A DNA stretch of 64,000 nt from an uncultured bacterium (GCA_965112635.1 OZ218778.1:704001-768000), one strand, 5' to 3'; shown: positions 29,065 to 38,918, counted from the first letter of the stretch. Numbers and translations are program-made. Notes: generated by a model from the sequence alone, not told the origin.

Positions 29065-30108
29065 ATGAGCCAGACGCCCCGTGAAGTCTTTAAGCGTGCC
29101 ATCACTTTCCAAAACCCTGACCGCATCCCCCGCGACCTCTGGACCCTTGGTTGGGCTACCAGCCGCTTCCCGGCGGAAACCGAGGAGCTTCTGCGGCGTT
29201 TTCCACCGGACCTGGTCTCCGCGCCAGCCCCCTATCGTCCTTCTTCCTGTGCCAGAGGCAGCATCTACGACGCCGGCAGCGCGGTAGATGATTGGGGCTG
29301 CGTTTTTGAAAACCTGATGCCCGGCGTGCATGGAGAAGTGCGCAATCCTATCATCAAAACTCTCGATGACTGGAAATCCGTAAAACCGCCCTATGAGACT
29401 TTGCCTGAAAAAAACAGTTCGGCCCGCGACACAGTCAACCGCTTCTGCGGAAACGCGGATAAATTCGTCAGGCAGCCCACCAGCCCGCGTCCGTGGGAGC
29501 GCTACCAGTTCCTCCGCAGTACCGTGGAAGCCATGATGGACGTAGCGCTTATGGAACCAGAGTTCCACTCCCTTCTACGTACCATCCATGAATTTTTCCT
29601 GAAAGAAATGGAGTTCTGGGCCTCGACCGACGTGGACGCGCTGTTTTTCATGGATGACTGGGGTTCGCAGGAGCATCTGCTTATCCATCCTGAGTCCTGG
29701 CGCAAAGTTTTCAAGCCCCTTTACAAGGACTACTGCGACATCGCTCACGCGGCCGGTAAACGCATCATGATGCATTCGGACGGCCAGATACTGGATATCA
29801 TCCCTGACCTTATCGAGATCGGCGTGGACGTGCTCAATTCCCAGCTCTTTTGCATGGATATCGAGGGTTTGGGCCGGATGGCCCGGGGCAAGCTCGCTTT
29901 TTGGGGCGAGATCGACCGCCAGCACATCCTCATCTCACCCGATCCTGAAGTGGGACGGCAAGCAGTCCGCAGGGTGGCTAAAAATCTGCTCACCCCGGCT
30001 GGCGGGGTCATTGCCCTGCTGGAGTTCGGCGTGGGCGCCAATCCGAAAACTGTCCTGGCTATCTATGAAGAATGGGAAAAAGTCGGGAAAGAAGTTTGTA
30101 AGCGGTAA
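29065..30108 (+). CDS. uroporphyrinogen decarboxylase/MtaA-like family protein
   Basis: DDWGCVF, FMDDWGSQ, MHSDG, LNSQLFCM, FWGEIDRQH. Confidence 0.85.
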   Translation: MSQTPREVFKRAITFQNPDRIPRDLWTLGWATSRFPAETEELLRRFPPDLVSAPAPYRPSSCARGSIYDAGSAVDDWGCVFENLMPGVHGEVRNPIIKTLDDWKSVKPPYETLPEKNSSARDTVNRFCGNADKFVRQPTSPRPWERYQFLRSTVEAMMDVALMEPEFHSLLRTIHEFFLKEMEFWASTDVDALFFMDDWGSQEHLLIHPESWRKVFKPLYKDYCDIAHAAGKRIMMHSDGQILDIIPDLIEIGVDVLNSQLFCMDIEGLGRMARGKLAFWGEIDRQHILISPDPEVGRQAVRRVAKNLLTPAGGVIALLEFGVGANPKTVLAIYEEWEKVGKEVCKR

Positions 30109-30130
30109 TGCTTCTGGAAAAATTGCGGGT

Positions 30131-30931
30131 TTAAAACTTCCTGGTCATACCGGCCATGAATCCGCCGGGTAAAAAATTAAAAGAGAATTGCAGGTCCTGC
30201 TCTTGGTGTCCGGTCACTATATTGCGCTTTTCTTTTTTGGCCTGTTCCGTGAAAAGGTCCTGCAGCCGGTCTGAGATGATAAATCCCAGTAAAAGGCTTC
30301 CGCCTTTCCACCAGTCATGGTTGATGAACTGTCCCACTCCCGGGATCATGGAGGAGGCGCCTATCCACAAGGCCCGGTCATAGGTGGGGTCCGAGGCCAT
30401 GGCCGTATAGCCCGCGTCCATGGTGGCAAAACTTTGCAGGGTCCATTTGCAAAAACCAAATGCTTCGCTGCAGCGGTCATAAACCGTGACCGGCCCTTCT
30501 TCCTCCCGGGGGGCCACCTCTCTCAAGGTCTGCCAGTTGAGCGCGGTCAGGAAAAGCATGCTGTCGCCCTGAAAATAGCTTTTGTTGGCCAGTTCGCCCA
30601 CTCCGGGCACCACCGAACACGAACCGATCCACAGGCTGCTGCCGTAATCCCGGCCTAACTCCTCGGACACGAGTACCGTGTCGATCATGGAATACCGCTC
30701 CAGCACCATAAAAAGCCCCTCTTGAATGGCCCGGATGGAGTCGGCTTTTTCTTCCGGGAGCGACCGGTTAAAAATCTTTTCCCTTTCTTGGTCGAGCTGG
30801 GCCTGGTTGTCCGGCTGAGTGGCATTGGCGGTTGTGGTCTCCTGGGCCTGAAGAACGGCCTGCCATCCCGTCATCATGACCAAAAGGGAAAGGATAAGAG
30901 TGGTCTTCTTTATTTTTTCTCGGAACATCAT
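30131..30931 (-). CDS. exported/membrane hypothetical protein (DUF5683-like motifs)
   Basis: Signal peptide; two copies of SxxPGVGxxxN; terminal Phe. Confidence 0.6.
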   Translation of the reverse strand: MMFREKIKKTTLILSLLVMMTGWQAVLQAQETTTANATQPDNQAQLDQEREKIFNRSLPEEKADSIRAIQEGLFMVLERYSMIDTVLVSEELGRDYGSSLWIGSCSVVPGVGELANKSYFQGDSMLFLTALNWQTLREVAPREEEGPVTVYDRCSEAFGFCKWTLQSFATMDAGYTAMASDPTYDRALWIGASSMIPGVGQFINHDWWKGGSLLLGFIISDRLQDLFTEQAKKEKRNIVTGHQEQDLQFSFNFLPGGFMAGMTRKF

Positions 30932-30957
30932 TCCCGCCTCCCTATGTAATGAGTGTC

Positions 30958-32235
30958 CTAAGCTTTGCGTATCCTGTCCATGCCGTGCATATAGGGCCTG
31001 AGGGCGTCGGGGATGAGGATGCTTCCGTCGCGCTGCTGGTAGTTCTCCACGATGGCGATCCAGGTCCTGCCCACGGCCAGGCCCGAACCGTTGAGCGTGT
31101 GCACGAACTCCGGCCTGGACTGCTTGTCGCGCCTGAACCTGATGCTGGAACGGCGCGCCTGGAAATCCAGGCAGTTGCTGCACGAGGATATTTCCCGGTA
31201 GGTCTTGGACCCGGCGAGCCACACTTCGAGGTCGTAGGTCTTGGCCGAAGCGAACCCCAGGCTGCCCGAGCACAGCTGCACCACGCGGTAGGGCAGTTTC
31301 AAAAGCTGGAGCACTTCCTCAGCGTCATGGGTGAGCTTTTCCAGTTCGCCCATGGAGTCCTCGGGCCGGCAGAACTTAAAAAGTTCCACTTTGTTGAACT
31401 GGTGCTGCCGGATGAGCCCGCGGGTGTCCTTGCCGTAAGACCCGGCTTCCCTGCGGAAGCAGGGGGTGTAGGCCGTGTAGTACAGGGGCAGGCGGCCGCC
31501 GTCCAAGATCTCGCCCTTGTGCAGGGAGTTCAAAGGCACCTCGGCCGTGGGGATGAGGTAATAATCGTCATCCCGGCATTTAAAAAGTTCCTGTTCGAAT
31601 TTGGGCAGCTGTCCTGACCCCTGCATGGTGTCCGGGCTCACCAGGTAGGGCGGCAAAACCTCCCGGTAGCCGTGTTTCTGGGTGTGCAGGTCCAGCATAA
31701 AGTTGAGGATGGCCCGTTCCAGCTGGGCTCCGGCACCCTTATATAGAGGAAACCTTGCCCCGGAGATTTGGGTGGCCTTGTCGAGATCTAAAATATCCAG
31801 TTTTTCACCCAGGTCCCAGTGGGCCAGGGCTTCAAAACCCAGGTCAGGGGGGGTACCCCACCGCCTCACCTCTTTATTATCATCATCGTCCTTGCCCTGG
31901 GGCACCGAGGCGTCCGGGATATTGGGGATAAGGAGCATCATAGCCTTGAGTTCTTCCTCGACTTTGGCCAGGTCAGTTTCCAAACCCTTTATTCTTTCGC
32001 CTTGCTCCTGAGTTTGCTTGATCAGGCTAGCGGCATCCTTTTTTTCCTTTTTATAAATGGCAATTTCCTCGGAACCTTTGTTCTTTTCCGCCTTCAAGGT
32101 CTCAACGTGCTGCAAAAGTTCCCGCCTTTTAACCTCAGCCTGCTTTAAATTGGCTAAAGACAGCTGGGTATTGCGCAAACGCAGTGATTCCTCCACAATT
32201 CCTATATTTTCCCGCACAAATTTTAGATCTAGCAT
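30958..32235 (-). CDS. serS: serine--tRNA ligase
   Basis: [49 protein letters not shown]. Confidence 0.97.
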   Translation of the reverse strand: MLDLKFVRENIGIVEESLRLRNTQLSLANLKQAEVKRRELLQHVETLKAEKNKGSEEIAIYKKEKKDAASLIKQTQEQGERIKGLETDLAKVEEELKAMMLLIPNIPDASVPQGKDDDDNKEVRRWGTPPDLGFEALAHWDLGEKLDILDLDKATQISGARFPLYKGAGAQLERAILNFMLDLHTQKHGYREVLPPYLVSPDTMQGSGQLPKFEQELFKCRDDDYYLIPTAEVPLNSLHKGEILDGGRLPLYYTAYTPCFRREAGSYGKDTRGLIRQHQFNKVELFKFCRPEDSMGELEKLTHDAEEVLQLLKLPYRVVQLCSGSLGFASAKTYDLEVWLAGSKTYREISSCSNCLDFQARRSSIRFRRDKQSRPEFVHTLNGSGLAVGRTWIAIVENYQQRDGSILIPDALRPYMHGMDRIRKA

Positions 32236-32365
32236 TAGGTTTGTCCTCTTTTCGTCAAAAACGACTAATTTTTGTTCAATTATGTGCTGTTTTTGTCAAA
32301 TTTCATCTATTTTTGATATAAAATTGCTCAATTTTGTAACTATTGTACTGTTTCTATAACTTCAA

Positions 32366-33835
32366 TTATTTCTTATCTTTTTTGTTCTTTTCCGGCCAGT
32401 CCAGCATAAACTTCTGGGCTATATTGACCTGGTCCTGGGTCAGCTTGGCCTCCAGCACGCTCTTGCGGTCCCCTGCTTTTTCATGGCCGTTCCTGCTGGC
32501 CAGGGAGTACCAGATATAGGCCTTGACCAGATCCTGTTTCACCCCGATCCCATTTTCATACATTATTCCCAGGTTGTTTTGGGCAACTGCGAAATCCAGG
32601 TCAGCGGCTTTTTGAAAAAGCCTGAAAGCCCGTTTGGGGTCCTTTTTGACCCCCTGGCCGTTGAGGTATAAAGAAGCCAGGTTGTTCTGGCCCACGCTAT
32701 AGCCCTCATTGGCGGCCAAGCGGTACCACATGGCGGCCTTTTCATAGTCCTGGGTCAGGCCGTTGCCTCCCTGGGCATACAGCACTCCCAGGTTGTTCTG
32801 GGCCAGGGGGTCTTCTTTGGCCGAGGCCTTTTTGAACCAGAACTCGGCCTTGGCAAAGTCCTCGTCCACCCCGCGCCCGGCCATATAAAGGTTGCCCAGG
32901 TTGTCTTCAGCGGGGACATACTCCAGGTTGGCTGCCCGGCGGTACCACATGGCTGCTTTTTTCAGGTCCACGATGACGCCCCAACCGTTCTCGTACATCT
33001 GGCCCAAACTGTTCTGGGCCTGGACATTGTCCAGGTCCGCGGCCTTGAGGTACCACAGCAGGGCGTGCCCGTAATCCTGGGTGACCCCCTGCCCGTTAAA
33101 GAGCAGGTTAGCCAAGCTGTCTTGCCCTGGGCTGTAATTTTGGTCAGCCGCCTTTTGGTACCAGAGCAAAGCCTTTTGGTAGTCCTGGGGGACGCCCGTG
33201 CCTTTTTCATACGCGGTGCCCAGTTGATACTCCGCGACATCATATCCCTGGGCCACGGCCTTGTTCAGCCATTCTATCGCCTTGGACGCGTCGGCCTGGA
33301 CCCCCACGCCGTTGAAATACATCTGGGCCAGGTTGGTTTGGGCCTGCGCTAAACCCTGGTCCGCGGCTTTTTGGTACCACTGCCGGGCCTGGTCCAGGTC
33401 CCTTTTGACCCCTTCGCCGTATTCATAGCGGACGCCCAGCCTGTTCTGCGCTTCGCTGTAACCCTGGTTGGCCGCCTTGGTGAACCACTCCACGGCCTTG
33501 GCGTAATTTTTTTTGACTCCCAGGCCCTGCAGGTCCATCAGGCCGAGGTTGCACTGGGCCGGCGCAAAATTTTGGCTGGCTGCTTTTTTGAACCAGGCTT
33601 CGGCCTTGCCAAAATCCTTTTTAACCCCTATCCCAAAAAGATAAATCTGCCCGAGCTCGTTCTGGGCCACGGCCTCGCCCTTGTCCCCGGCCTTTTTGAA
33701 CCACTGGACCGCCTGCCCGCAATCTTTGTTTTCTAGAGCTGCCACTCCCTTGTCCAGCTCTTCACTGGCCCAACAGGGCACAATAAAACTTATGGCAATC
33801 CATATTAAAATGACGGTTTTAATTGTCCTTTTCAT
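32366..33835 (-). CDS. Sel1-repeat (TPR-like) secreted protein
   Basis: About 11 repeats of the form AQxxLGxMYxxGxGVxxDxxKAxxWYxKAA. Confidence 0.92.
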   Translation of the reverse strand: MKRTIKTVILIWIAISFIVPCWASEELDKGVAALENKDCGQAVQWFKKAGDKGEAVAQNELGQIYLFGIGVKKDFGKAEAWFKKAASQNFAPAQCNLGLMDLQGLGVKKNYAKAVEWFTKAANQGYSEAQNRLGVRYEYGEGVKRDLDQARQWYQKAADQGLAQAQTNLAQMYFNGVGVQADASKAIEWLNKAVAQGYDVAEYQLGTAYEKGTGVPQDYQKALLWYQKAADQNYSPGQDSLANLLFNGQGVTQDYGHALLWYLKAADLDNVQAQNSLGQMYENGWGVIVDLKKAAMWYRRAANLEYVPAEDNLGNLYMAGRGVDEDFAKAEFWFKKASAKEDPLAQNNLGVLYAQGGNGLTQDYEKAAMWYRLAANEGYSVGQNNLASLYLNGQGVKKDPKRAFRLFQKAADLDFAVAQNNLGIMYENGIGVKQDLVKAYIWYSLASRNGHEKAGDRKSVLEAKLTQDQVNIAQKFMLDWPEKNKKDKK

Positions 33836-33845
33836 GTTCTCCCCT

Positions 33846-34556
33846 TTATTCTTCGAGTTCTACGCGCGGTTTCCAGGCAGCGGCGCGCTGTACCGCTTCT
33901 TTTATCTCCGTCTCGCTCAACCTTTTTTTTACTTCTGTGATCACGGCGTCCACTTTTTTACTGTGGCTTTTACGCGCTAAAATAAGCCATTTCAGAGCCT
34001 CGACCAGGTCCTGCTTGGTCCCTCTTCCCAGGAGATACAGCCCGGCCAGGTCTTGCTGCGCCTGCAGGTTACCCTGTTCGCTGGCCCGCTGATCCCAAAA
34101 AAATGCTAAGCGGTCGTCCTGCTTAACGCCCTGTCCCTGAAAGTAAAGGGAACCCAGGTCCCTCTGGGCTGTGGCGTTGCCCTGTTTCGCGGCCTTGGTG
34201 AACCACTGGACCGCTTCAGGGTAATCCTGCCGCACGCCCCGGCCCTGGGCATACATCATGCCCAGGTCTTTTTGTCCTTCGCTGCTGCCCTGGGCCGCCG
34301 CCTTCCGGAAAAGTTCTACGGCGGTCCCAACGTTCCTCTCTACCCCGTGTCCTTTGGCGTAGAGCAGGCCCAGACCGGCTTGTCCGTCGGCTTCGCCCTT
34401 TTGGGCGGACTGGGAAAAATAATAAAAAGCCTTTTGGGTGTCTCCGGCCTCGTAAGCGGCCTGTCCCAGGTCGGATAAGGCGCTCCCCCAAGCCGTACAG
34501 CACAGGGCCAAAAGGGCCAGCAGGCCGGCCCCGGCTTTAGCCAGGATGTTTTTCAT
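33846..34556 (-). CDS. Sel1-repeat secreted protein
   Basis: About 4 Sel1 repeats after a signal peptide. Confidence 0.9.
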   Translation of the reverse strand: MKNILAKAGAGLLALLALCCTAWGSALSDLGQAAYEAGDTQKAFYYFSQSAQKGEADGQAGLGLLYAKGHGVERNVGTAVELFRKAAAQGSSEGQKDLGMMYAQGRGVRQDYPEAVQWFTKAAKQGNATAQRDLGSLYFQGQGVKQDDRLAFFWDQRASEQGNLQAQQDLAGLYLLGRGTKQDLVEALKWLILARKSHSKKVDAVITEVKKRLSETEIKEAVQRAAAWKPRVELEE

Positions 34557-35001
34557 TGATCTTGTGCTTGGTGTCGTCCAGCCGTTCGCGGATCACTTTT
34601 TCGACCATCTGGTACAGCCTGTTGTTGTGCCTCACGATGGAGTTGAAATCGTCCCGGTAAAGGATGTAAAAATCGCAGGGCTCTTCTGCGACAACGGTCG
34701 CGGTACGGGGGATCTCCTCCAAAAGCGCGATCTCGCCAAAAAAGTTCCCCTCGGTCATGGTGTTGATGTAAACTTTTTTGCCCGTCTTGTTCGTGGCCCA
34801 AATGGAAACCTTGCCCTTGAAGATCATATAAAAGGTGTCGCCTTTATCACCTTCCCTGATCACCACGTAATTCTGGGTGCAGGACATTTTTTTCAGGCAT
34901 CCTATCAGCTTGTCCATCTCCTCCACCTTTAGGCTGCTTAAAAAATCCACCCCCCTCAAAGTTTCCAGGATCTGGCGGTACTCAGTGGATTGGTCGACCA
35001 T
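34537..35001 (-). CDS. stand-alone cyclic nucleotide-binding domain protein
   Basis: IREGDKGDTFYMIFKG, FFGEIALL, PRTATVVA. Confidence 0.9.
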   Translation of the reverse strand: MVDQSTEYRQILETLRGVDFLSSLKVEEMDKLIGCLKKMSCTQNYVVIREGDKGDTFYMIFKGKVSIWATNKTGKKVYINTMTEGNFFGEIALLEEIPRTATVVAEEPCDFYILYRDDFNSIVRHNNRLYQMVEKVIRERLDDTKHKINEKHPG

Positions 35002-35269
35002 ACGCCCTCCTTAATGATTTTGGTAATCCGTCCGCGTCCAGTAGGGATGCGAAAACTATTATAATCACAACAACCCTAACTTAGCTATGCCTGAAAAGCA
35101 CGGACTTTTCATTTAAAACCTTGTCTTTTGGAAGGCTTTTTGGCCCTAGGTCCGGGGGAGAACAAGGACGGGGCGGAAAAATTGCTAAAAATCCTTGGGG
35201 CGCCGTGCCATTGGTTCAAGTTTCAAGATCAGGCGCGCTTTTACTTTCCCGGGCGATAAGAAAAGATTT

Positions 35270-36076
35270 TCAATCCCGTATTTCTTCCTGGAGGAGGGTA
35301 AAAAATCTCTCCCTGGCCTGTTTTTCCAGCCAGGGGATATGCCCGCATTTCTCCAGCAGGACAAAGCGGAAATTCTTGATGACATCGGTCAGCTGATTTT
35401 GCACGCTCTCGGCCGGATGGGGGTCATGGTCGCCTGAGATAGCGAGGACCGGGCAATGGATGCGCCGGCCCAGCTCCAGGAGCTTGCCGTTTTGTCTCAT
35501 GGCTTCGGCTTCTCCCCACACCATCTGGTGTATCTCCTGGTCAAATTCCACGGGCTCCCTCTCTCCTTGGACCGGATCATAGGCGTCTGCCTTGGCCAGC
35601 AACTCGCCCAGCCGCGGCCCGGCCATCTTGTTCTCGCCTGCTCCCGGTTGCTTCAGAAATTCCATCAGAGCCACGACCTCGGCCCTTTCTTTGATATCCA
35701 GGCGGCTCAGCCTGGTTTCCAGTGTTTTAACTCCGTCGCTTTCCTTGAACCCGGCGCAGGAAACCAGGATAAGTTTTTTCACATAGGAAGGATAATAGGC
35801 GGCGAACAAATATCCCAGCCACGCTCCCCAGGAATATCCTATCAGCGTGAAAGGCGGGTCGCTGCTCCTCCTGAGGACCGTTCTTAGCTCCTCCCTCTGG
35901 CCCAAGATAGTCTTGGCGGTCTGCAGGGGCTCCAGGATGCCGCGCACGGACGCCAGCTCCCGCGCCACGGGCGCCATCTCTCCCGCCACCCCCGGCCCGC
36001 CATGCAGGACCGCCACTTTATACGGCCTCTCGCCGTATTTTCTGATGACCTTCATTTGTCGCTCCCGTTTTTTCAC
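35270..36076 (-). CDS. alpha/beta fold hydrolase
   Basis: LHGGPG, GYSWG nucleophile elbow, GDHDPH, CGHIPW. Confidence 0.88.
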   Translation of the reverse strand: MKKRERQMKVIRKYGERPYKVAVLHGGPGVAGEMAPVARELASVRGILEPLQTAKTILGQREELRTVLRRSSDPPFTLIGYSWGAWLGYLFAAYYPSYVKKLILVSCAGFKESDGVKTLETRLSRLDIKERAEVVALMEFLKQPGAGENKMAGPRLGELLAKADAYDPVQGEREPVEFDQEIHQMVWGEAEAMRQNGKLLELGRRIHCPVLAISGDHDPHPAESVQNQLTDVIKNFRFVLLEKCGHIPWLEKQARERFFTLLQEEIRD

Positions 36077-36205
36077 TGTTAGGAACCTCTCCTTTACATG
36101 GGGGGATATTCATAAAACATTCGGGGTCACCTGATGATTTGTGACAAAGGTAAATCCTGTTTCTTTTATTTAGTATACCCAGGGACCCCGGGGATCAGTG
36201 GAAGT

Positions 36206-36571
36206 TTATAACAGGTAGTGCAGCGCGCCGATTTCAGAAGTAAAAGACGGCAGGGTGGTTTCCAGGCTCAATAGTTGGTAAACGCGTTCGACATTGTGGG
36301 CCATGTTTATCAAAGCTATCCTGCCCCCGTTCCCGCTGACTTCTTTCCCAATATGCACCAAAACATCCCAGCCGGCCCCGTCTATGAAGCTGATCCCCTT
36401 GAGGTCCACGATGATCCTGACAGAGGCCTGGCGGGCAAAGCTTAAGGCTGAGTATATTAATTGGCATCCGGTATAGGCGTCGAGATATCCTTTGATGGTT
36501 ATTTTCCAGCATTGGATGGTCTGGTAGGGGAGCTGCTCTATGGAAATATTGATTTCTTTTGTTGCATCCAT
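36206..36571 (-). CDS. STAS domain protein (anti-sigma antagonist-like)
   Basis: IKGYLDAYT, IIVDLKGISFIDGAG, NVERVYQLL. Confidence 0.85.
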   Translation of the reverse strand: MDATKEINISIEQLPYQTIQCWKITIKGYLDAYTGCQLIYSALSFARQASVRIIVDLKGISFIDGAGWDVLVHIGKEVSGNGGRIALINMAHNVERVYQLLSLETTLPSFTSEIGALHYLL

Positions 36572-36698
36572 TGGTTCACCCTTTTTCTATTTCGGGTACA
36601 TGCACGCATGCAGGCTGGCTGGCAGCGCTCAACATCGTTGTTTGACATAATTATACCACCATGGCGGGAAACTGATTTTTCCATTCTGTCCTGTGCTT

Positions 36699-36776
36699 TT
36701 ACTTCCTCCTATTGATCCTGTGGATCCGCCTTGTAGCTTTTCTCTTAGCCTTTTTTGTAGCTTTGCTCAGTGGCAT
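36699..36776 (-). CDS. 25-aa highly basic peptide (below the ORF-track cutoff)
   Basis: MPLSKATKKAKRKATRRIHRINRRK with AAGAGGGAG RBS 6 nt upstream. Confidence 0.6.
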   Translation of the reverse strand: MPLSKATKKAKRKATRRIHRINRRK

Positions 36777-36810
36777 AAATTCTCCCTCTTATTTGGCCTA
36801 TTTTATTCCT

Positions 36811-36993
36811 CTATCTTGCCCCTCTTTGGGATGATCTTCCTGTCTGCCTTTTTTGCACGGTGGATACATGGCTATGGATAGAAGGCAGGGCCGCATAAGA
36901 ACTGTCATAAAAAGCATATTTTTCAGCTTTGTCTTTGTGATAGCCGGCGCGGATCGCAGCCCTTTCAATTTTTTCTGATTCTCTCTTTCCCAT
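36811..36993 (-). CDS. 60-aa basic hypothetical protein
   Basis: MGKRESEKIERAAIRAG...; strong AAGGAGG RBS. Confidence 0.6.
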   Translation of the reverse strand: MGKRESEKIERAAIRAGYHKDKAEKYAFYDSSYAALPSIHSHVSTVQKRQTGRSSQRGAR

Positions 36994-37263
36994 CTTCCCT
37001 CCTTTCAAGTTTGATACTCCCTATACTCTAACACTAATATGCTTTTTCATACTGATTACTTGTCAGCAGGAAGCCCTGGACAAAATAGGTGTGATGAAAT
37101 GGCTCGCCCCGGATAGGCGGGGGTTGAAGGATCTGAATGATCCTTCAACGGGTCCCTTCCATAATTAAGTATGCAGAGGGACCCCGGAGATCAATAACAT
37201 TACCCTAGGCTCTACTTCCCTTTTGCCGGAAACAATCACAGACCCTTGTGGCACAAGGTTCGC

Positions 37264-37548
37264 CTACTTTGTATCTTGTCCCCTGCCCAGCCATCGACGG
37301 CATACATAAACAGCCGATATCCATGATCCAAAATCAGCTAGGAGCGCCCCCACCAAGACCAGGCTGACCCAGTCACCCATAAATTTTGGGTAGGCGACCT
37401 GAACGCCCCCAATAATTAAAAAAGTGGCTATGATTGGGATGCCTGAATCCCTGTCTCCATATTTAATGTGGCGATATACCAGGCGAATATTCATGGGGAT
37501 CAAGGCCAGGGCGCCTAAGAGAAAGATATTTCCGATAATGAACATCAT
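37264..37548 (-). CDS. small membrane protein
   Basis: Three hydrophobic segments; directly downstream of ArsR copy 1. Confidence 0.6.
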   Translation of the reverse strand: MMFIIGNIFLLGALALIPMNIRLVYRHIKYGDRDSGIPIIATFLIIGGVQVAYPKFMGDWVSLVLVGALLADFGSWISAVYVCRRWLGRGQDTK

Positions 37549-37570
37549 GGTTCATTCCCCCACGACAGGA

Positions 37571-37885
37571 TCATTCCTCAGTATCCTGGGTCTTGTGCTG
37601 GCTGGAAAGATGGATCAAACCTTTAAGCCCGTCAATAATTTCCAGGACTTCTTTTTGATACTTTAACCGATACAGCACATACTGCCCCTTGCTTGTAAAT
37701 CTGACTAGGTCAGCCATCCGCAGGCTCCGCAATTGATGCGAAACTGCGGGCATGGATCGTCTGACCTTTTTAGCCAGCTCGGATGGCGCGCAGGGTTCCT
37801 TGGCTATGGCCTCCAGGATCTGAAAAGCCACAGGATTTCCCAGCACTTTGCATACTCTGGAACAACGGAATGAAGTCTCTTGCAT
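37571..37885 (-). CDS. ArsR/SmtB family winged-HTH regulator, copy 1
   Basis: CKVLGNPVAFQILEAI, SELAK, AVSHQLRSLRMADLV. Confidence 0.88.
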   Translation of the reverse strand: MQETSFRCSRVCKVLGNPVAFQILEAIAKEPCAPSELAKKVRRSMPAVSHQLRSLRMADLVRFTSKGQYVLYRLKYQKEVLEIIDGLKGLIHLSSQHKTQDTEE

Positions 37886-37941
37886 ATTTCTCCTCTCCAC
37901 CGATCTAAATAATGGGGATCCACAAATACGGATAATATCCT

Positions 37942-37977
37942 ATTTTCGCATTTTCGCAATTGCGAAAACGTGGAAAT
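37942..37977. promoter_or_regulatory. palindromic operator upstream of ArsR copy 1
   Basis: Perfect core TTTTCGCAATTGCGAAAA (37951-37968) with imperfect extension. Confidence 0.7.
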
Positions 37978-38112
37978 GTCACATCTTGGGATTTAGATCA
38001 AGGACTTCAAAGCGCTACATGGGAATTAAAAAAACCCGCGGGGGAGGCGGGAGAATCCTATGCTTGCCTGGGGTCTAATTCCCTTTTGCAAGAAATAACT
38101 CCTGGCCCCGGT

Positions 38113-38556
38113 TCATTTCAGGTGAGAGCCATATCCTTCTAGGAGATCAGGAAACTCGGTAAGGAGAAATTCTTTGGCGTTCACTATCAGGGTTTTTCCC
38201 GTTTTTTTCAGCACCAGCAGGTCAAGGTCGCCCGTGACCAGATAATCAGCCCGGCTGGCTTTGGCCAGGTCCAGGACAAAAATATCCTTGGGATCTCTCA
38301 ACTTTTGATGTATGCCTGGGCTTTTAATTTCAAAGGGAACAGTATAGGAAAGTATATCTCCCAAAACCTTGTCCAATTCACTGTCTGAGAGCCCGAACTT
38401 CTTTCCCTGCAGAGTATGGGCCAGCTCTTTCAGTACCTCAGGAGAACAAACCAGCTCAATGAGCTCATGCCGGGCCAGTCCCAAAAACAGGCGGTTGACG
38501 CCCGGCCAGAAAGTGCCTGAAATGTAAACGTTGGTATCCGCAACCACTCTTACCAC
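38113..38556 (-). CDS. PIN-domain toxin
   Basis: VVADTNVYISG, RDPKD, ADYLVTGDLDLL. Confidence 0.9.
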   Translation of the reverse strand: MVRVVADTNVYISGTFWPGVNRLFLGLARHELIELVCSPEVLKELAHTLQGKKFGLSDSELDKVLGDILSYTVPFEIKSPGIHQKLRDPKDIFVLDLAKASRADYLVTGDLDLLVLKKTGKTLIVNAKEFLLTEFPDLLEGYGSHLK

Positions 38557-38558
38557 TG

Positions 38559-38816
38559 CTACCGGCTCTCTTTGACCAGGCGGACAATGTCAGCTTCTTT
38601 TAAGTGAGCAAACCCTTTCTTTTTGGCCAGCGTTTCGGCCCATTGATAAAGATTCTTTGAACTTGGTTTGGAAACAACCCCTTTATTTTTTAGATAAAGC
38701 TCCAGGGATTCTTCAATAACCCCGCCGATGGTCTTATCTTCCTGCAGGGCTATCCTTTTGGTCATTTTTAGTAACTCCGGGTCCAGCCTCAGCGTGGTCT
38801 TCATGGATGTGATCAT
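38559..38816 (-). CDS. RHH-like antitoxin
   Basis: KTTLRLDPELL...VIEESLELYL directly upstream of the PIN gene; TTGCCATA repeats upstream. Confidence 0.8.
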   Translation of the reverse strand: MITSMKTTLRLDPELLKMTKRIALQEDKTIGGVIEESLELYLKNKGVVSKPSSKNLYQWAETLAKKKGFAHLKEADIVRLVKESR

Positions 38817-38918
38817 AGGTCCCTCCTCTCTTTGCTTGCCATATTGCCATATAGATGGCACGAAGTCAAGTTGGAACAAGGTTTTCGTATAACATAATGT
38901 CCAGGTTGGTAAATTGCA

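Noticed and set aside
30932-31273. N-terminal extension of the 380-aa ORF overlapping serS
   Set aside because: Alternate-frame read-through of serS; the RBS and signal peptide indicate a start at 30931.
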